Source: Caulobacterales bacterium (GTDB lineage: Bacteria; Pseudomonadota; Alphaproteobacteria; Caulobacterales; Parvularculaceae). Taken from it: a DNA stretch of 64,000 nucleotides. Below the pieces are notes generated by a model. That model saw only the letters and a program-made list of their open reading frames with translations. It had not been told where the DNA came from and ran no database searches. The first letter of the stretch is position 1, and the number at the start of each line of letters is the position of its first letter. The translations under genes were made by a program, and so were the position numbers. Below are positions 33,696 through 44,280 of this stretch, piece after piece. The stretch is taken from contig JACKIL010000013.1 of NCBI GenBank assembly GCA_020638525.1, positions 2,483 through 66,482 on the forward strand. The letters run 5' to 3'.

Positions 33696-35006
33696 GTGAG
33701 CGATCTCTTCCAGTCGGCAGGCATGGAGAAAGACGCGCCGCGTCCGCTCGCCGACCGGTTGAGGCCGAAGACGCTCGACGAGGTCGTTGGGCAGGATCAA
33801 ATTCTGGCGGAAGGCGCGCCGCTTCGGCGCATGTTGAAGGCGAAGCGGCTTTCGTCGATCATCCTCTGGGGCCCGCCCGGCGTCGGCAAGACGACGATTG
33901 CGCGGCTTCTCGCGCACGAAACCAATCTCGAGTTCGAGCAGATATCGGCGGTCTTCTCCGGCGTCGCTGATTTGCGTAAAGTCTTCGAGCGCGCGGAACA
34001 ACGCCGGCGCACGGGGAAGGGAACGCTCCTCTTCGTCGACGAGATTCATCGTTTCAATCGCGCCCAGCAGGACGGCTTTCTGCCGAATATGGAATCGGGC
34101 GTCATCACGCTCGTCGGCGCGACGACGGAGAACCCATCCTTCGAACTGAACCCGGCGCTTCTTTCCCGCGCGCAGGTTCTCGTTCTCAATCGGCTCGACG
34201 CCGAAGCGCTCGACAAGCTGATGATGCGCGCGGAGGAGGCCGAAGCGCGCAAACTGCCGCTGACCGATGAAGCGCGCGAGAGCCTTATCGCCATGGCGGA
34301 TGGCGACGGGCGTTTCGCGCTAAATCTCGCGGAAGAAATCTTCCTCGAGCCGGAAGGCCGCAAGGCGATCACGCCTGAAGAACTCGTGAAAATCGTTCAG
34401 CGCCGCGCGCCCGTCTACGACAAGGGGCAGGAGGCGCATTACAATCTCATCAGCGCGCTGCATAAATCCATCCGCGGATCGGATGTCGATGCGGCGCTCT
34501 ACTGGCTCGCGCGCATGTTCGCGGGCGGCGAAGACCCGCTCTTCATCTGCCGTCGGCTTGTGCGCGCGGCGTCTGAAGACATCGGCATGGCGGACCCGAC
34601 GGCGCTTCTCGCCTGCCTCGCTGCGAAGGAAACTTACGATTTTCTCGGCTCGCCCGAAGGCGAACTCGCGATCGCGCAGGCGGTCATCCATCTCGCGACC
34701 GCGCCGAAGTCCAACGCCGCCTACAAGGCCTTCGGCGCGGCGACCCGCGCGGCGAAGGAAACGGGCTCCTTGCCGCCGCCAGCCTACGCCATGAACGCCC
34801 CGACCAAGTTGATGAAGGAACTCGGCTATTCGAAGGGCTATGAATACGATCACGATGCGGAAGGCGGCTTTGCCGGGCTCGACTACTTTCCGCCCGACAT
34901 GAAGCGCCAGATGCTTTATTCGCCGTCGCCCTACGGCTTCGAGAAGGAAATCCAGAAGCGTCTCGAATATTGGGCGAAGCGCCGCCGGCCAAGGGACGCC
35001 GAATGA
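33696..35006 (+). CDS. rarA: replication-associated recombination protein A (AAA+)
   Basis: PLADRLRP, WGPPGVGKTT, DEIHRFN, SALHKSIRGSD. Confidence 0.96.
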   Translation: MSDLFQSAGMEKDAPRPLADRLRPKTLDEVVGQDQILAEGAPLRRMLKAKRLSSIILWGPPGVGKTTIARLLAHETNLEFEQISAVFSGVADLRKVFERAEQRRRTGKGTLLFVDEIHRFNRAQQDGFLPNMESGVITLVGATTENPSFELNPALLSRAQVLVLNRLDAEALDKLMMRAEEAEARKLPLTDEARESLIAMADGDGRFALNLAEEIFLEPEGRKAITPEELVKIVQRRAPVYDKGQEAHYNLISALHKSIRGSDVDAALYWLARMFAGGEDPLFICRRLVRAASEDIGMADPTALLACLAAKETYDFLGSPEGELAIAQAVIHLATAPKSNAAYKAFGAATRAAKETGSLPPPAYAMNAPTKLMKELGYSKGYEYDHDAEGGFAGLDYFPPDMKRQMLYSPSPYGFEKEIQKRLEYWAKRRRPRDAE

Positions 35007-35027
35007 GCGGCTGGGTGAAATAGAGCG

Positions 35028-35795
35028 ATGGCGCTTGAGGCTGTCGTTCTCTTCAAGGCGTGGATCGTCGCCGGTTGGTTTGCGGCGATCTTCATCGCCG
35101 AGCGCATGGCGTCAGCGGTTCCCGCACCCGCTTTTAGCGGACGCCTTCTTACGAATGGCGCGCTCTGGCTGATCGTTCTTCTCGTCTCGCCGCTGATCGT
35201 CCTGCCGCTGACGGCCTTTGCTGCCGACCACGCCCTATGGACGTGGCCTCAATTTCTGAACGGCCCGGCTGGCGTCGTGCTCGATATATTGGCGCTCGAT
35301 CTGTGGACCTATTGCGTTCACCGCGCCTACCACACGGTTCCCATACTCTGGCGGTTCCATGCGCCGCATCATTTTGACGAGCATCTCGATTCAACATCGG
35401 CGTTTCGTTTCCATTTTCTGGAAGTCGTTCTGTCGGCGTGTTTCCGCATGGCGCCGATCGTCGTGCTCGCCATGCCGTTTGCTCATGTCGTCGTCTTCGA
35501 GACGTTGCTGCTCGCCGCGACGATCTTCCATCACTCCAACCTTCGCCTTCCGCCGCGCCTTGAGCGCGCTCTCTCCGCCGTCATCGTCACGCCCTCGATC
35601 CATTGGGTGCATCACCATGCGGTCTGGAGGGATACGAACTCCAACTATTCCGGCGTCTTCAGCGTCTGGGACCGGCTCTTCGGCACACGGAGCGCCACGG
35701 CGCGCACGCCGGAGATGAAGATCGGTGTCGAAGGGCTTGGAGATCGCCCGCTTTTGCGGTTAGTGCTGTCGCCGTTCACGGAGCGGATGCGATGA
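35028..35795 (+). CDS. sterol desaturase / fatty acid hydroxylase family protein
   Basis: His boxes HRAYH, HAPHH, FHHSN, HWVHH; WDRLFGT. Confidence 0.9.
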   Translation: MALEAVVLFKAWIVAGWFAAIFIAERMASAVPAPAFSGRLLTNGALWLIVLLVSPLIVLPLTAFAADHALWTWPQFLNGPAGVVLDILALDLWTYCVHRAYHTVPILWRFHAPHHFDEHLDSTSAFRFHFLEVVLSACFRMAPIVVLAMPFAHVVVFETLLLAATIFHHSNLRLPPRLERALSAVIVTPSIHWVHHHAVWRDTNSNYSGVFSVWDRLFGTRSATARTPEMKIGVEGLGDRPLLRLVLSPFTERMR

Positions 35796-36178
35796 CGGGA
35801 TGGCATATCTGGGTCGCCGTAGCGGGTGGCGGCGCGCTCGGCGCGATGCTGCGGCATGGCGTCAACATTCTCGCTTTTCGCCTGCTGGGGCCCAATTTCC
35901 CGTGGGGCACGCTCACGGCCAACGCCCTTGGTTCCTTCTGCATGGGGCTTGTCGTGATCTGGCTCTCGCGCCACGAGCCGAACCCCATCGAACTGCGCGC
36001 CTTTCTTTCCGTGGGCGTCCTTGGGGCGTTCACCACCTTTTCCACTTTCGCGCTCGACACGGTGACCCTATATCGCGAGAAGGCGATCATGATCGCGGCG
36101 GCCTATCTTGGCGCCTCGCTTCTCCTGTCGATCGGCGGACTTGCGGCGGGTCTCTTCGCCGGACGGACCTTTCTATGA
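35792..36178 (+). CDS. crcB: fluoride efflux channel Fluc/CrcB
   Basis: GGALGAMLR, FPWGTL, GVLGAFTTFSTF. Confidence 0.95.
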   Translation: MTGWHIWVAVAGGGALGAMLRHGVNILAFRLLGPNFPWGTLTANALGSFCMGLVVIWLSRHEPNPIELRAFLSVGVLGAFTTFSTFALDTVTLYREKAIMIAAAYLGASLLLSIGGLAAGLFAGRTFL

Positions 36179-37158
36179 GCAATGTTGCGACAATCGCCGT
36201 CAAGGAAGGCGAAGACGGGATGCGCCTCGACCGCTGGTTCAAGGCGCATTATCCGGCGCTGCGCCACGGCCAGCTCGAAAAGCTCTTGCGCACCGGACAA
36301 GTCCGCGTCGATGGCGGTCGCGTGAAAGCGAACCGGCGCCTTGAAGCGGGCGAGAGCGTGCGCGTGCCCCCGCTCGGCGAGGCGGCGGAAAAGCCCGAGT
36401 CAAATTCCCGCCCGAACCGGGATGACGCGGAATATCTCCGCAAGCTGATCATCTTCGAGGACAAGTCGATTCTCGCGATCAACAAGCCGTTTGGCCTTGC
36501 CGTGCAGGGCGGGGCGAAGACGACGCGCCATGTCGACGGCATGCTCGCTTCGCTTGAGAAAGACGGAGAGCGCCCGCGCCTCGTTCACCGGCTCGACCGC
36601 GACACGGGCGGCGTTCTCATTCTCGCAAAGACGCGCGCCGTCGCAGCCAAGCTCGGCGCGGCCTTGCAGCGGCGCGATGTCGACAAGGTTTACTGGGCGC
36701 TCGTCGCCGGCATGCCGCATCCGCGTCAGGGCACGATCGACTTGCCGATCGCCAAGCGCATGGTGAGCGCGCCGGAAGGCGCGCGCGAGCGCGTTGTTCC
36801 AGCCGAAGGCGAAGATGCGAAGAAGGCGATCACGGATTTTCAGGTGATCGACGATGCAGCGCCCGCCGCCGCATTTCTGGCGCTTCGCCCGCGCACGGGG
36901 CGCACGCACCAGCTTCGCGTTCACTGCGCCGCGCTTGGAACGCCGATCGTCGGCGACGGCAAATATGGCGGGCCCGCCGCGCGCCTCGAAGGCGTCGCGC
37001 CGAAGATGCATTTGTTCTGCCGGTCGATGAGCTTTGAACACCCGAAGACCGGCCAGCGCATCACAGTCACTGCGCCGCTGACGGGCCATATGCGCGATAC
37101 GTGGAAATTCTTCGGTTTCAACGCCAATGCGACATGCGATTGGCCGGATATCGATTAG
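36175..37158 (+). CDS. RluA family pseudouridine synthase with S4 domain (RluC-like)
   Basis: RLDRW S4 domain, HRLDRDTGG, TGRTHQLRVH. Confidence 0.93.
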   Translation: MSNVATIAVKEGEDGMRLDRWFKAHYPALRHGQLEKLLRTGQVRVDGGRVKANRRLEAGESVRVPPLGEAAEKPESNSRPNRDDAEYLRKLIIFEDKSILAINKPFGLAVQGGAKTTRHVDGMLASLEKDGERPRLVHRLDRDTGGVLILAKTRAVAAKLGAALQRRDVDKVYWALVAGMPHPRQGTIDLPIAKRMVSAPEGARERVVPAEGEDAKKAITDFQVIDDAAPAAAFLALRPRTGRTHQLRVHCAALGTPIVGDGKYGGPAARLEGVAPKMHLFCRSMSFEHPKTGQRITVTAPLTGHMRDTWKFFGFNANATCDWPDID

Positions 37159-37164
37159 GGGCTG

Positions 37165-37902
37165 ATGATGGCGCAGCTCGGGAGCGGCGCGCAGGGCCGC
37201 ATCAAGAAATTCTACAAGCAAGTTGCTGTCGAAGCGACGCCGCAAGGCTTCGCGGTTCATCTGGATGGCCGGCCGGCGAAGACTCCCGGCCGCTCCTTGC
37301 TCGCCGCGCCGGAGCGGCGGCTCGCAGAGGCGATCGCTTCAGAATGGCGCGAGCAGGGCGAGGAAGTTGATCTGCCGGCAATGGCGCTAACCCGTCTCGC
37401 TGCGAGCGTCATCGATCTCGCCGCGAATGATCGCGCTCAGTGGACGGATGAAGTGCTGAACTATCTGCGCTCCGACCTTCTCTGTTACAGGGCGGATGAG
37501 TCGGCGTCGTTGGTGGAGCGGCAGGCTGCGGCATGGGACCCGCTCCTTCACTGGGCGGAAGAAACTCTCGGCGTGACCCTCAAAGTGACGGCCGGAATCG
37601 TCGCCGTCGAGCAACCGGCCGAAGCGTTTGAGGCCGCCTTGCGCGCGCTCGAAGCGATGGACGACTGGACGCTGATGGGCGCCGTCAGCGCGACGCAAAT
37701 TTCGGGCTCCGCCGTGATTGGACTTGCGCTCGCCCGGCGCGCCTTTCGGGCGGGAGATCTTTTTCGCGCATCGCGCGTAGACGAGCACTTTCAGGCCGAG
37801 CGCTGGGGCATGGACGCAGAAGCCGCCGCGCGTGAAGCGCGCCTTGAGCGCGCCTTCGCTGCGGCGGACAAATGGTTCGAAGCGCTCGGACCATCAGCGT
37901 GA
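37165..37902 (+). CDS. ATP12 family F1-ATPase chaperone
   Basis: KKFYK, LDGRPAKTP, EW..Q, DLLCYRA, VDE.FQAERWG.D.EA. Confidence 0.9.
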   Translation: MMAQLGSGAQGRIKKFYKQVAVEATPQGFAVHLDGRPAKTPGRSLLAAPERRLAEAIASEWREQGEEVDLPAMALTRLAASVIDLAANDRAQWTDEVLNYLRSDLLCYRADESASLVERQAAAWDPLLHWAEETLGVTLKVTAGIVAVEQPAEAFEAALRALEAMDDWTLMGAVSATQISGSAVIGLALARRAFRAGDLFRASRVDEHFQAERWGMDAEAAAREARLERAFAAADKWFEALGPSA

Positions 37903-37924
37903 CGGCCCGAGCAGGCGGGCCTGA

Positions 37925-39775
37925 CTAGGACGCCTTCTTCTTCGCGATATAGCCATCGACGAGTTCTTCGAGAATCGGCAGCGGCACGGCGCCGTTCTTG
38001 AGGACGACATCGTGGAAGTCGCGAATGTCGAACTTGTCGCCAAGCTCCGTTTTCGCTTTCTCACGCAGGTCGAGGATCTTCATCATGCCGACCTTGTAGG
38101 AAAGCGCCTGACCGGGGTTGTCGATATAGCGTTCGACTTCCTTCGTCGCGTCTTCCAGCGTCATCGGGTTGTTCGCCATCATGTAGTCGATCATCTGCTG
38201 GCGGGTCCATTTCTTCGAATGGCTGCCCGTGTCGACGACGAGGCGGCAGGCGCGCAGCATTTCGTTCTGCAGGCGGCCGAAATCCTGCATCGGGTCGGTG
38301 AAGCGACCCTGCTCATAGGCGAGGCGCTCCGCATAAAGGCCCCAGCCTTCCGTATAGGCGCCGAAGAAGGCGAACTTCTGGAAGGTCGGAACGCCCTGCA
38401 GCTCCTGCTGGATGGCGATCTGGAAGTGGTGGCCAGGCGCGCCTTCATGATAGGCGACGGTCTGCATTTCGTGCTTCTGCTTCGTCGTCATGTCCTTCAG
38501 GTTGACGTAGTAGATGCCGGGGCGCGAACCGTCCGGCGTCGGCCGGTTGTAGAAGGCGATGGGCGCCGTTTCTTCGCGCCATTTCTCGACAGCCCGCACT
38601 TCGAGCGGCGCTTTCGGGAGGATGTTGAAGCTTTCATTCACATCGGCGTAGACCGCGTCGATATAAGCCTTCGACTGGTCGAGATAGGCCTGGCGGCCTT
38701 CTTCCGTGTTCGGAAAGAAGTTGCTCGGATCGGTTCTGAGATATTCGAAGAACGCCGGAAGATCGCCCTTGAAGTCGACCTTCTTCATGATCTTTTCCAT
38801 CTCGCCGCGAATGCGCTTCACCTCGGCGAGGCCGGTCTTGTGGATCTGGTCAGCCGTCAGCGAGGCGTCCGAGGTCCAGAAGTCGATTTGCGTCTTGTAG
38901 AAGTCCTTCCCGCCAGGAAGCGCCCACACGCCTTTCTCGCCGATTGATTTCGAGCGCAGGCTCTCGACCTTGGCGATGAACTTCTCGACGGATGATTTGA
39001 AGGGGCCGTTGAGCGCGTCGGTCGCTTCGCCGATGAGGCGCTGCTTTTCGGCTGCGCTGATGTCGAGCGCTTCGACCTTCTTCTTGAAGTCGGCGTAGAG
39101 CGCGGCGTCTTCGCCGCTATCGTCGAACGGCGCGCCCTTGATGATGTTGCGCGCGTCGGTGATCACCGGATCGAAGGAGAAGGAAGTGGGCACGATGCCT
39201 TTGCCGGCTGCAATGTCGATGCCTTCCATGAACTGGTTCATGGCGGTCTCAAGGCCGTTGATGCGCGAGATATAGGCTTCGGCGTCAGAGACGTCATCGA
39301 CGCGATGAACGTTCTGCAGGAAGGTCACCGGGAAAGCGACAGGATTGCTCTGTGTCGAGAAAGCATAGCCGTGGAAGCGCCACGGGAAGTTGCGGATCGA
39401 GCGTTCCTGCAGGAATTCGAAGATGCGATAGCTGACCTGCATCGGCTCGCTGAGCTTGTCGTAATCGAAGTCGGCGCGAAGGCGCGCGAGATCGCCTTTG
39501 GTCTCTTCATTCTGGCGTACGGCTTCGGCGTCGGAGAAGTCGTCCCACTTGCCATAGTCCGGCCCTTTCATGCCGAGCTGCGACTGGAACAGCGGGCTGT
39601 CTTTCAGGTTGCGCTGGAAGACCTCTTCGAAGAAGGCGGACAGGCGCGCATCTTCGGTTTGCGCTTGTTCAGTGTCAGCGGGCGCGGGCTCGGCGGCGTA
39701 AGTCGCGGGCGCGACGATGGCGATAGCGGCGAGCGCGGTCGTCGCCGCAAGGATGGCTTTGAGCGTGGTTTTCAT
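37925..39775 (-). CDS. DUF885 family secreted protein (putative metallopeptidase)
   Basis: signal peptide; HEGAPGHHFQ, EGWGLYAE, RACRLVVDTG, PGQALSYKVG. Confidence 0.9.
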   Translation of the reverse strand: MKTTLKAILAATTALAAIAIVAPATYAAEPAPADTEQAQTEDARLSAFFEEVFQRNLKDSPLFQSQLGMKGPDYGKWDDFSDAEAVRQNEETKGDLARLRADFDYDKLSEPMQVSYRIFEFLQERSIRNFPWRFHGYAFSTQSNPVAFPVTFLQNVHRVDDVSDAEAYISRINGLETAMNQFMEGIDIAAGKGIVPTSFSFDPVITDARNIIKGAPFDDSGEDAALYADFKKKVEALDISAAEKQRLIGEATDALNGPFKSSVEKFIAKVESLRSKSIGEKGVWALPGGKDFYKTQIDFWTSDASLTADQIHKTGLAEVKRIRGEMEKIMKKVDFKGDLPAFFEYLRTDPSNFFPNTEEGRQAYLDQSKAYIDAVYADVNESFNILPKAPLEVRAVEKWREETAPIAFYNRPTPDGSRPGIYYVNLKDMTTKQKHEMQTVAYHEGAPGHHFQIAIQQELQGVPTFQKFAFFGAYTEGWGLYAERLAYEQGRFTDPMQDFGRLQNEMLRACRLVVDTGSHSKKWTRQQMIDYMMANNPMTLEDATKEVERYIDNPGQALSYKVGMMKILDLREKAKTELGDKFDIRDFHDVVLKNGAVPLPILEELVDGYIAKKKAS

Positions 39776-39924
39776 GTTGGTTCCCCTATTTGCGGGCTTG
39801 CATCAGCCAAAAAAGGCGCAATTTCCAAGGGTCTTAGCCGCTATCAGGGCCCGCGTATCGCACCTTCGCCGCGAGATTGGGGCGCTTCATCGCAAAAATG
39901 GGCTGATGGACGGAGCGGGAGCGT

Positions 39925-41427
39925 TCAGTTGCCGCTGCGGGCGAGCGCGGCCTTCGCGGCTGCGAAAAGCGCTTTCGCCTTGTTGATGCATTCCTGCTGT
40001 TCGGCTTTCGGATTGGAATCTGCGACGATGCCGGCGCCGGCCTGAACGTGCATAACGCCGTCTTTGACGACAGCGGTCCGCAGGGCGATGCAGGTGTCTA
40101 CATTTCCGTCTGCGGAGAAATAGCCGATGGCGCCGCCATAAGCGCCGCGCGCATCGCGTTCGAGCTCGTCGATAATCTCCATCGCGCGAATCTTCGGCGC
40201 GCCCGTGACAGTCCCCGCCGGGAAGCCGGCAGCGACGGCGTCGACTGGGTGAACGCCCGGCGCGAGGCGCCCGATGACGTTCGAGACGATGTGCATCACA
40301 TGGCTGTAGCGTTCGATGACGAAACTGTCGGTGACGCGCACGGTGCCGATCGCGGCGGCGCGCCCAACATCGTTCCGGCCGAGATCGAGCAGCATCAAAT
40401 GCTCGGCGCGCTCCTTCGGATCGGCGAGCAAGTCCTTCTCGTAGGCCGCGTCTTCTTCCGGCGTCGCGCCGCGCGGGCGCGTGCCCGCGATCGGGCGGAT
40501 CGTCACTTCGCCATTGCGCACGCGCACGAGAATTTCAGGGCTCGAGCCCACGAGCGCGTGGGTTTCGAAATTGAGGAAGAACAGGAAGGGCGAAGGGTTG
40601 GTGCGGCGGAGCGAGCGGTAAAGCTCGAAAGGCGCCGCCGCGAATTTTGTCTCGAAACGCTGGCTGAGAACGACCTGAAAGATGTCGCCTGCAGCGATGT
40701 AGTCGCGCGCGCGCGCGACCATCGATAGATAATCCGCTTCCGGCGTATTCGAGCGCACGTCAATGTCGCTCTCGCTGGCGTTCGCATCGGAAGAGGGAAG
40801 CGCAATCGGCGCAGCAAGGTCAGCAACGGCGTCCGCGAGGCGTTCGCCGGCGCGAGAATAGGCTGCGCGCGCCGAGACGCCGGGCTCGGGCCGGACCGGC
40901 GCGACGAGCATGATTTCCTGACGGATGTTGTCGAACACGGCGACGACGGTCGGGCGAATGAAGATCGCATCCGGAATGTCGATCGCCGCGGGAGGCCGCG
41001 CCGGCAGGCGCTCCATCTGGCGCGCCATGTCATAGCCGAAATAACCGAAGACGCCCGCAGCCATGGGCGGCGCGCCTTGCGGAATATCGATGCGCGACGC
41101 GTCGAGGAAGCGCTTCAGGCTCGCCAGCGGCGGCAGGTCTTCTTTCACATACACATGGCTGTCGGCGGCCGCATCGCGATTGATCTCCGCGATGTCGCCG
41201 CGCGCGCGCCAGATGACGTCGGGCTTCAGGCCGATGATCGAATAGCGTCCGAGCTGCTCGCCGCCTTCGACAGACTCCAGCAGGAAGGAGTTCTTGCGGC
41301 GCGCGCCGAGCTTCAGATAGGCCGAGACAGGCGTTTCGAGGTCGCTGACGATCCGCCGCCAGACGATCTGCGGCGCGCCGTCATCATACTTCGCCTCGAA
41401 CTCAGCGAAGGCGGGTGAGAGCGTCAT
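39925..41427 (-). CDS. trpE: anthranilate synthase component I
   Basis: DLETPVSAY, LLESVEGG, GSSPE, RPIAGT, EHLMLLDLGRND, GAPKIRAM. Confidence 0.96.
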   Translation of the reverse strand: MTLSPAFAEFEAKYDDGAPQIVWRRIVSDLETPVSAYLKLGARRKNSFLLESVEGGEQLGRYSIIGLKPDVIWRARGDIAEINRDAAADSHVYVKEDLPPLASLKRFLDASRIDIPQGAPPMAAGVFGYFGYDMARQMERLPARPPAAIDIPDAIFIRPTVVAVFDNIRQEIMLVAPVRPEPGVSARAAYSRAGERLADAVADLAAPIALPSSDANASESDIDVRSNTPEADYLSMVARARDYIAAGDIFQVVLSQRFETKFAAAPFELYRSLRRTNPSPFLFFLNFETHALVGSSPEILVRVRNGEVTIRPIAGTRPRGATPEEDAAYEKDLLADPKERAEHLMLLDLGRNDVGRAAAIGTVRVTDSFVIERYSHVMHIVSNVIGRLAPGVHPVDAVAAGFPAGTVTGAPKIRAMEIIDELERDARGAYGGAIGYFSADGNVDTCIALRTAVVKDGVMHVQAGAGIVADSNPKAEQQECINKAKALFAAAKAALARSGN

Positions 41428-43316
41428 TGACCCTCGTTGAATATCTGGGCGATGGCGTTCTGATCCGTCTTGATGCCGTATTCGTCGCGCAGCGCGTCGA
41501 CATAGGCCTCAAGATATTCCTGGTTCAGCTGATAGCTCAGATATTGCTGATAGGCGGTCTGTTCGCCGGGGCCGATCTGGCTGCGCGCATAACCGATCTG
41601 ACGGATCTCCACGATTGTCTGCGCATCGCCTGACCCGGCCGGACCCGTTACGACTGCGCCCTGATCCGCCGTGAAAGCTTTTCCAAGAAGGGCTTGCGAG
41701 ACGACTTCGTCCGCGCTCCGGCGATCGAGAACGCGCTCAAGAACGGCGCGGTTGAAGGGCGCCGCCGCTTCCTCGAACGTCTTGCCCGCCTCGATCGCGT
41801 CCGTCACCTGCTTGACGGCGTCGGAGATGCGCTTGCGGCGGTCCGCTGCGCGCCAGCGTGAGGTGACCTCGTCGACGACGTCGTCGAACGGGCGCGCCGC
41901 CGGGGGCGTTACTTCATCGACCTGCACGAAGAAATATCCGCCGTCAGAAAGATCGGTCGCGTTCGATTCTTCGCCTTCTTCGAGCTTGAAGGCTTCAGAA
42001 ATGACTTCGCCTGGAATGCCGTTCACGATAGCGCCGCCAGGCGCCATGCTGAAGGAATCAATCGGGCCGAAATGCTGCGGGCGCACGCCCGCTTCTTCGG
42101 CGGCGGCGACGAGCGAAGCGCCCGTGTCGCGCGCTTCCTCCAGCTTGTCGATCATGTCGAGAACGCGCTTGCGCGTATCCTGTTCGAGATATTGCGAGGC
42201 GAGCTCGTCGCGCACGTCTTCGAAAGACTGCGTTTCGGGCGCCTTCACGCCGGCGAGTTGTACGATCGTCCAGCCGAAGAGGCCTTTCACCGGTTTCGTG
42301 ACTTCGCCTTCTTTCAATTCAGCCGAGAACGCAGCTTCCGCGACTTTCGGGTCGAGCACGTCGCCCTTGTCGATGTCGGTGAAAGTGACGGCGGCGAGCG
42401 TCAGGCCTTTTTCCGTCGCCAGCTCTTCGAAGGGCTTGCCCTGCTGAAGCGCTGCAACCGCGGCGTCAGCTTCGCCTTCGGTGTCGTAAGTGATCTGATA
42501 GAGCGTGCGTTTTTCCGGAGATTCATAGAGGCGCGCCTTGTTCGCCTCGTAGAGCCTGCGCAGGTCTTCTTCGGGCGCTTCAAGGCCTTCCTTGAAGTCG
42601 TCATAGCGCAGGAGCACGGTGGTGAATGAACGATATTCCGGCGCAAAGAATTCCTGCTTGTTTTCTTCATAGTACGCATTGAGCGCGTCAGGCGTCGGCT
42701 CTGCGGGGATGCCCGCCATTTCGTCCGTAATGGTCAGATAGCCGACGCGGCGCCGCTCCACTTCGCGCAGGAGCATCAGCTTCGCCATTTCGGCCGGCGC
42801 AGGGCCCGCCGCGGCAACCGAGTTGATCAACTGGTCGCGAAGGAGGTCGTCTTTGATGATCTCTTCGAACTGCGTGACGGTGAGCCCGTTCGCCTGAAGA
42901 ATGCCGGTGAGTTCGGTTTCATCGAGCTTGCCGGTCACCGGATTGACGAAGCGCTCGTCTTTCTGAAGGTAATCGCTGACCAGCTTGCGCGGCATGATGA
43001 GACCCATCTTGCCGGCTTCCTGTTTGAGCACCGATCGTGTGGCGATCGACGAAATCACATAATCGGGCAGGCCGTCGGCCATCGCCTGTTCGCGGGTGTA
43101 GACGCCGTTGTTCTGATTGCGGCGCGCCGTCATCTGCCGATTGTATTCGTCGGTCAGCGTCTTGTTCGAGAAACCGACATCGCCGACGCGCAGCGGCGCG
43201 CGCTGGGTCATGCTCCTGAGTTCCGGCACGCCCCAGAGGGCGAACGCCAGCACGAGAGGAACAGCAAGAAATAACGCCATCACGCGATGGAGCGCGCCGC
43301 GCACTTGTTTCAACAT
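41424..43316 (-). CDS. ppiD: PpiD-like membrane-anchored peptidyl-prolyl isomerase/chaperone (SurA N-terminal + rotamase)
   Basis: N-terminal TM ending FALWG; YYEENK..F..PEYR, GWTIV; usual position between tpiA and trpE. Confidence 0.82.
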   Translation of the reverse strand: MLKQVRGALHRVMALFLAVPLVLAFALWGVPELRSMTQRAPLRVGDVGFSNKTLTDEYNRQMTARRNQNNGVYTREQAMADGLPDYVISSIATRSVLKQEAGKMGLIMPRKLVSDYLQKDERFVNPVTGKLDETELTGILQANGLTVTQFEEIIKDDLLRDQLINSVAAAGPAPAEMAKLMLLREVERRRVGYLTITDEMAGIPAEPTPDALNAYYEENKQEFFAPEYRSFTTVLLRYDDFKEGLEAPEEDLRRLYEANKARLYESPEKRTLYQITYDTEGEADAAVAALQQGKPFEELATEKGLTLAAVTFTDIDKGDVLDPKVAEAAFSAELKEGEVTKPVKGLFGWTIVQLAGVKAPETQSFEDVRDELASQYLEQDTRKRVLDMIDKLEEARDTGASLVAAAEEAGVRPQHFGPIDSFSMAPGGAIVNGIPGEVISEAFKLEEGEESNATDLSDGGYFFVQVDEVTPPAARPFDDVVDEVTSRWRAADRRKRISDAVKQVTDAIEAGKTFEEAAAPFNRAVLERVLDRRSADEVVSQALLGKAFTADQGAVVTGPAGSGDAQTIVEIRQIGYARSQIGPGEQTAYQQYLSYQLNQEYLEAYVDALRDEYGIKTDQNAIAQIFNEGQ

Positions 43317-43530
43317 GAACGCAATCCCGGTTTTCGGGGGCCCGCATCTCGCGATGTGCTGGCCCCGCCCAAATTTTGCGCGGATCGTAGTCGCGCCCGC
43401 CGGAGAGAACAAGGCTGCTACGGCCTTGCATTTATTGGGGCTTTGGCTGGACAAGCCCCGCGCCATTGCCTAGGCGGAAAGTTTCGCAACGACCTAAGGC
43501 CAAGAACGCTGAAAAAGAAGAGGGGAGCCC

Positions 43531-44241
43531 ATGAAATCGCTCATCGCCGGCAACTGGAAAATGAACGGGCTCATGGCCTCGCTCGCCGAGATCGAGCGCC
43601 TCGGCGGGCTTTTGAAAGGCGGCGCGAGCGCGGAAGTGCTGATCTGCCCGCCGGCGACCCTGATCGCGGCTATGGCGCCCGCGGCGCGCGCAATCGGCGC
43701 CGAGGTCGGCGGGCAGGACTGCCATCCGAAGGCGAGCGGCGCCCATACCGGCGATATCGCCGCCGAGATGCTGAAGGACGCAGGGGCGAGTTACGTCATT
43801 GTCGGTCACTCGGAACGCCGGGCTGACCACGGCGAAAGCAGCGCAGTGGTCAAAGCCAAGGCGGAAGCCGCGCGCCGGGCGGGGCTGACGCCGATCGTCT
43901 GCGTCGGCGAGACGGAAGCCGAGCGCCGCGCCGGCAAGCAGGAAGCGGTCGTCGGCGAACAGCTCGCAGGGTCCCTGCCGGACGGCGCCGGCCCGCTCGT
44001 CATCGCCTATGAACCGGTCTGGGCGATCGGGACGGGCCTGACGCCGACGATCGAGGATATCGCGGCGATGCACCGCTTTATCCGCCAGAAAGCGGGGGCG
44101 GGCGTCCGGATTCTCTATGGCGGCTCCGTCAAGCCGTCGAACGCAGCGGAGATCCTCGCCGTCGAGGATGTGAATGGCGCGCTTGTCGGCGGGGCGAGCC
44201 TTAAAGCTGACGATTTCTACGCCATCATCAGCGCCGCCTGA
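43531..44241 (+). CDS. tpiA: triosephosphate isomerase
   Basis: [37 protein letters not shown]. Confidence 0.98.
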   Translation: MKSLIAGNWKMNGLMASLAEIERLGGLLKGGASAEVLICPPATLIAAMAPAARAIGAEVGGQDCHPKASGAHTGDIAAEMLKDAGASYVIVGHSERRADHGESSAVVKAKAEAARRAGLTPIVCVGETEAERRAGKQEAVVGEQLAGSLPDGAGPLVIAYEPVWAIGTGLTPTIEDIAAMHRFIRQKAGAGVRILYGGSVKPSNAAEILAVEDVNGALVGGASLKADDFYAIISAA

Positions 44242-44280
44242 CGCGATCATTCGCCTGAGACGGCTTGGAGAGGCGCCTTT

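Noticed and set aside
35007-35791. Fluoride riboswitch upstream of crcB
   Set aside because: crcB overlaps the previous gene and no matching motif was seen
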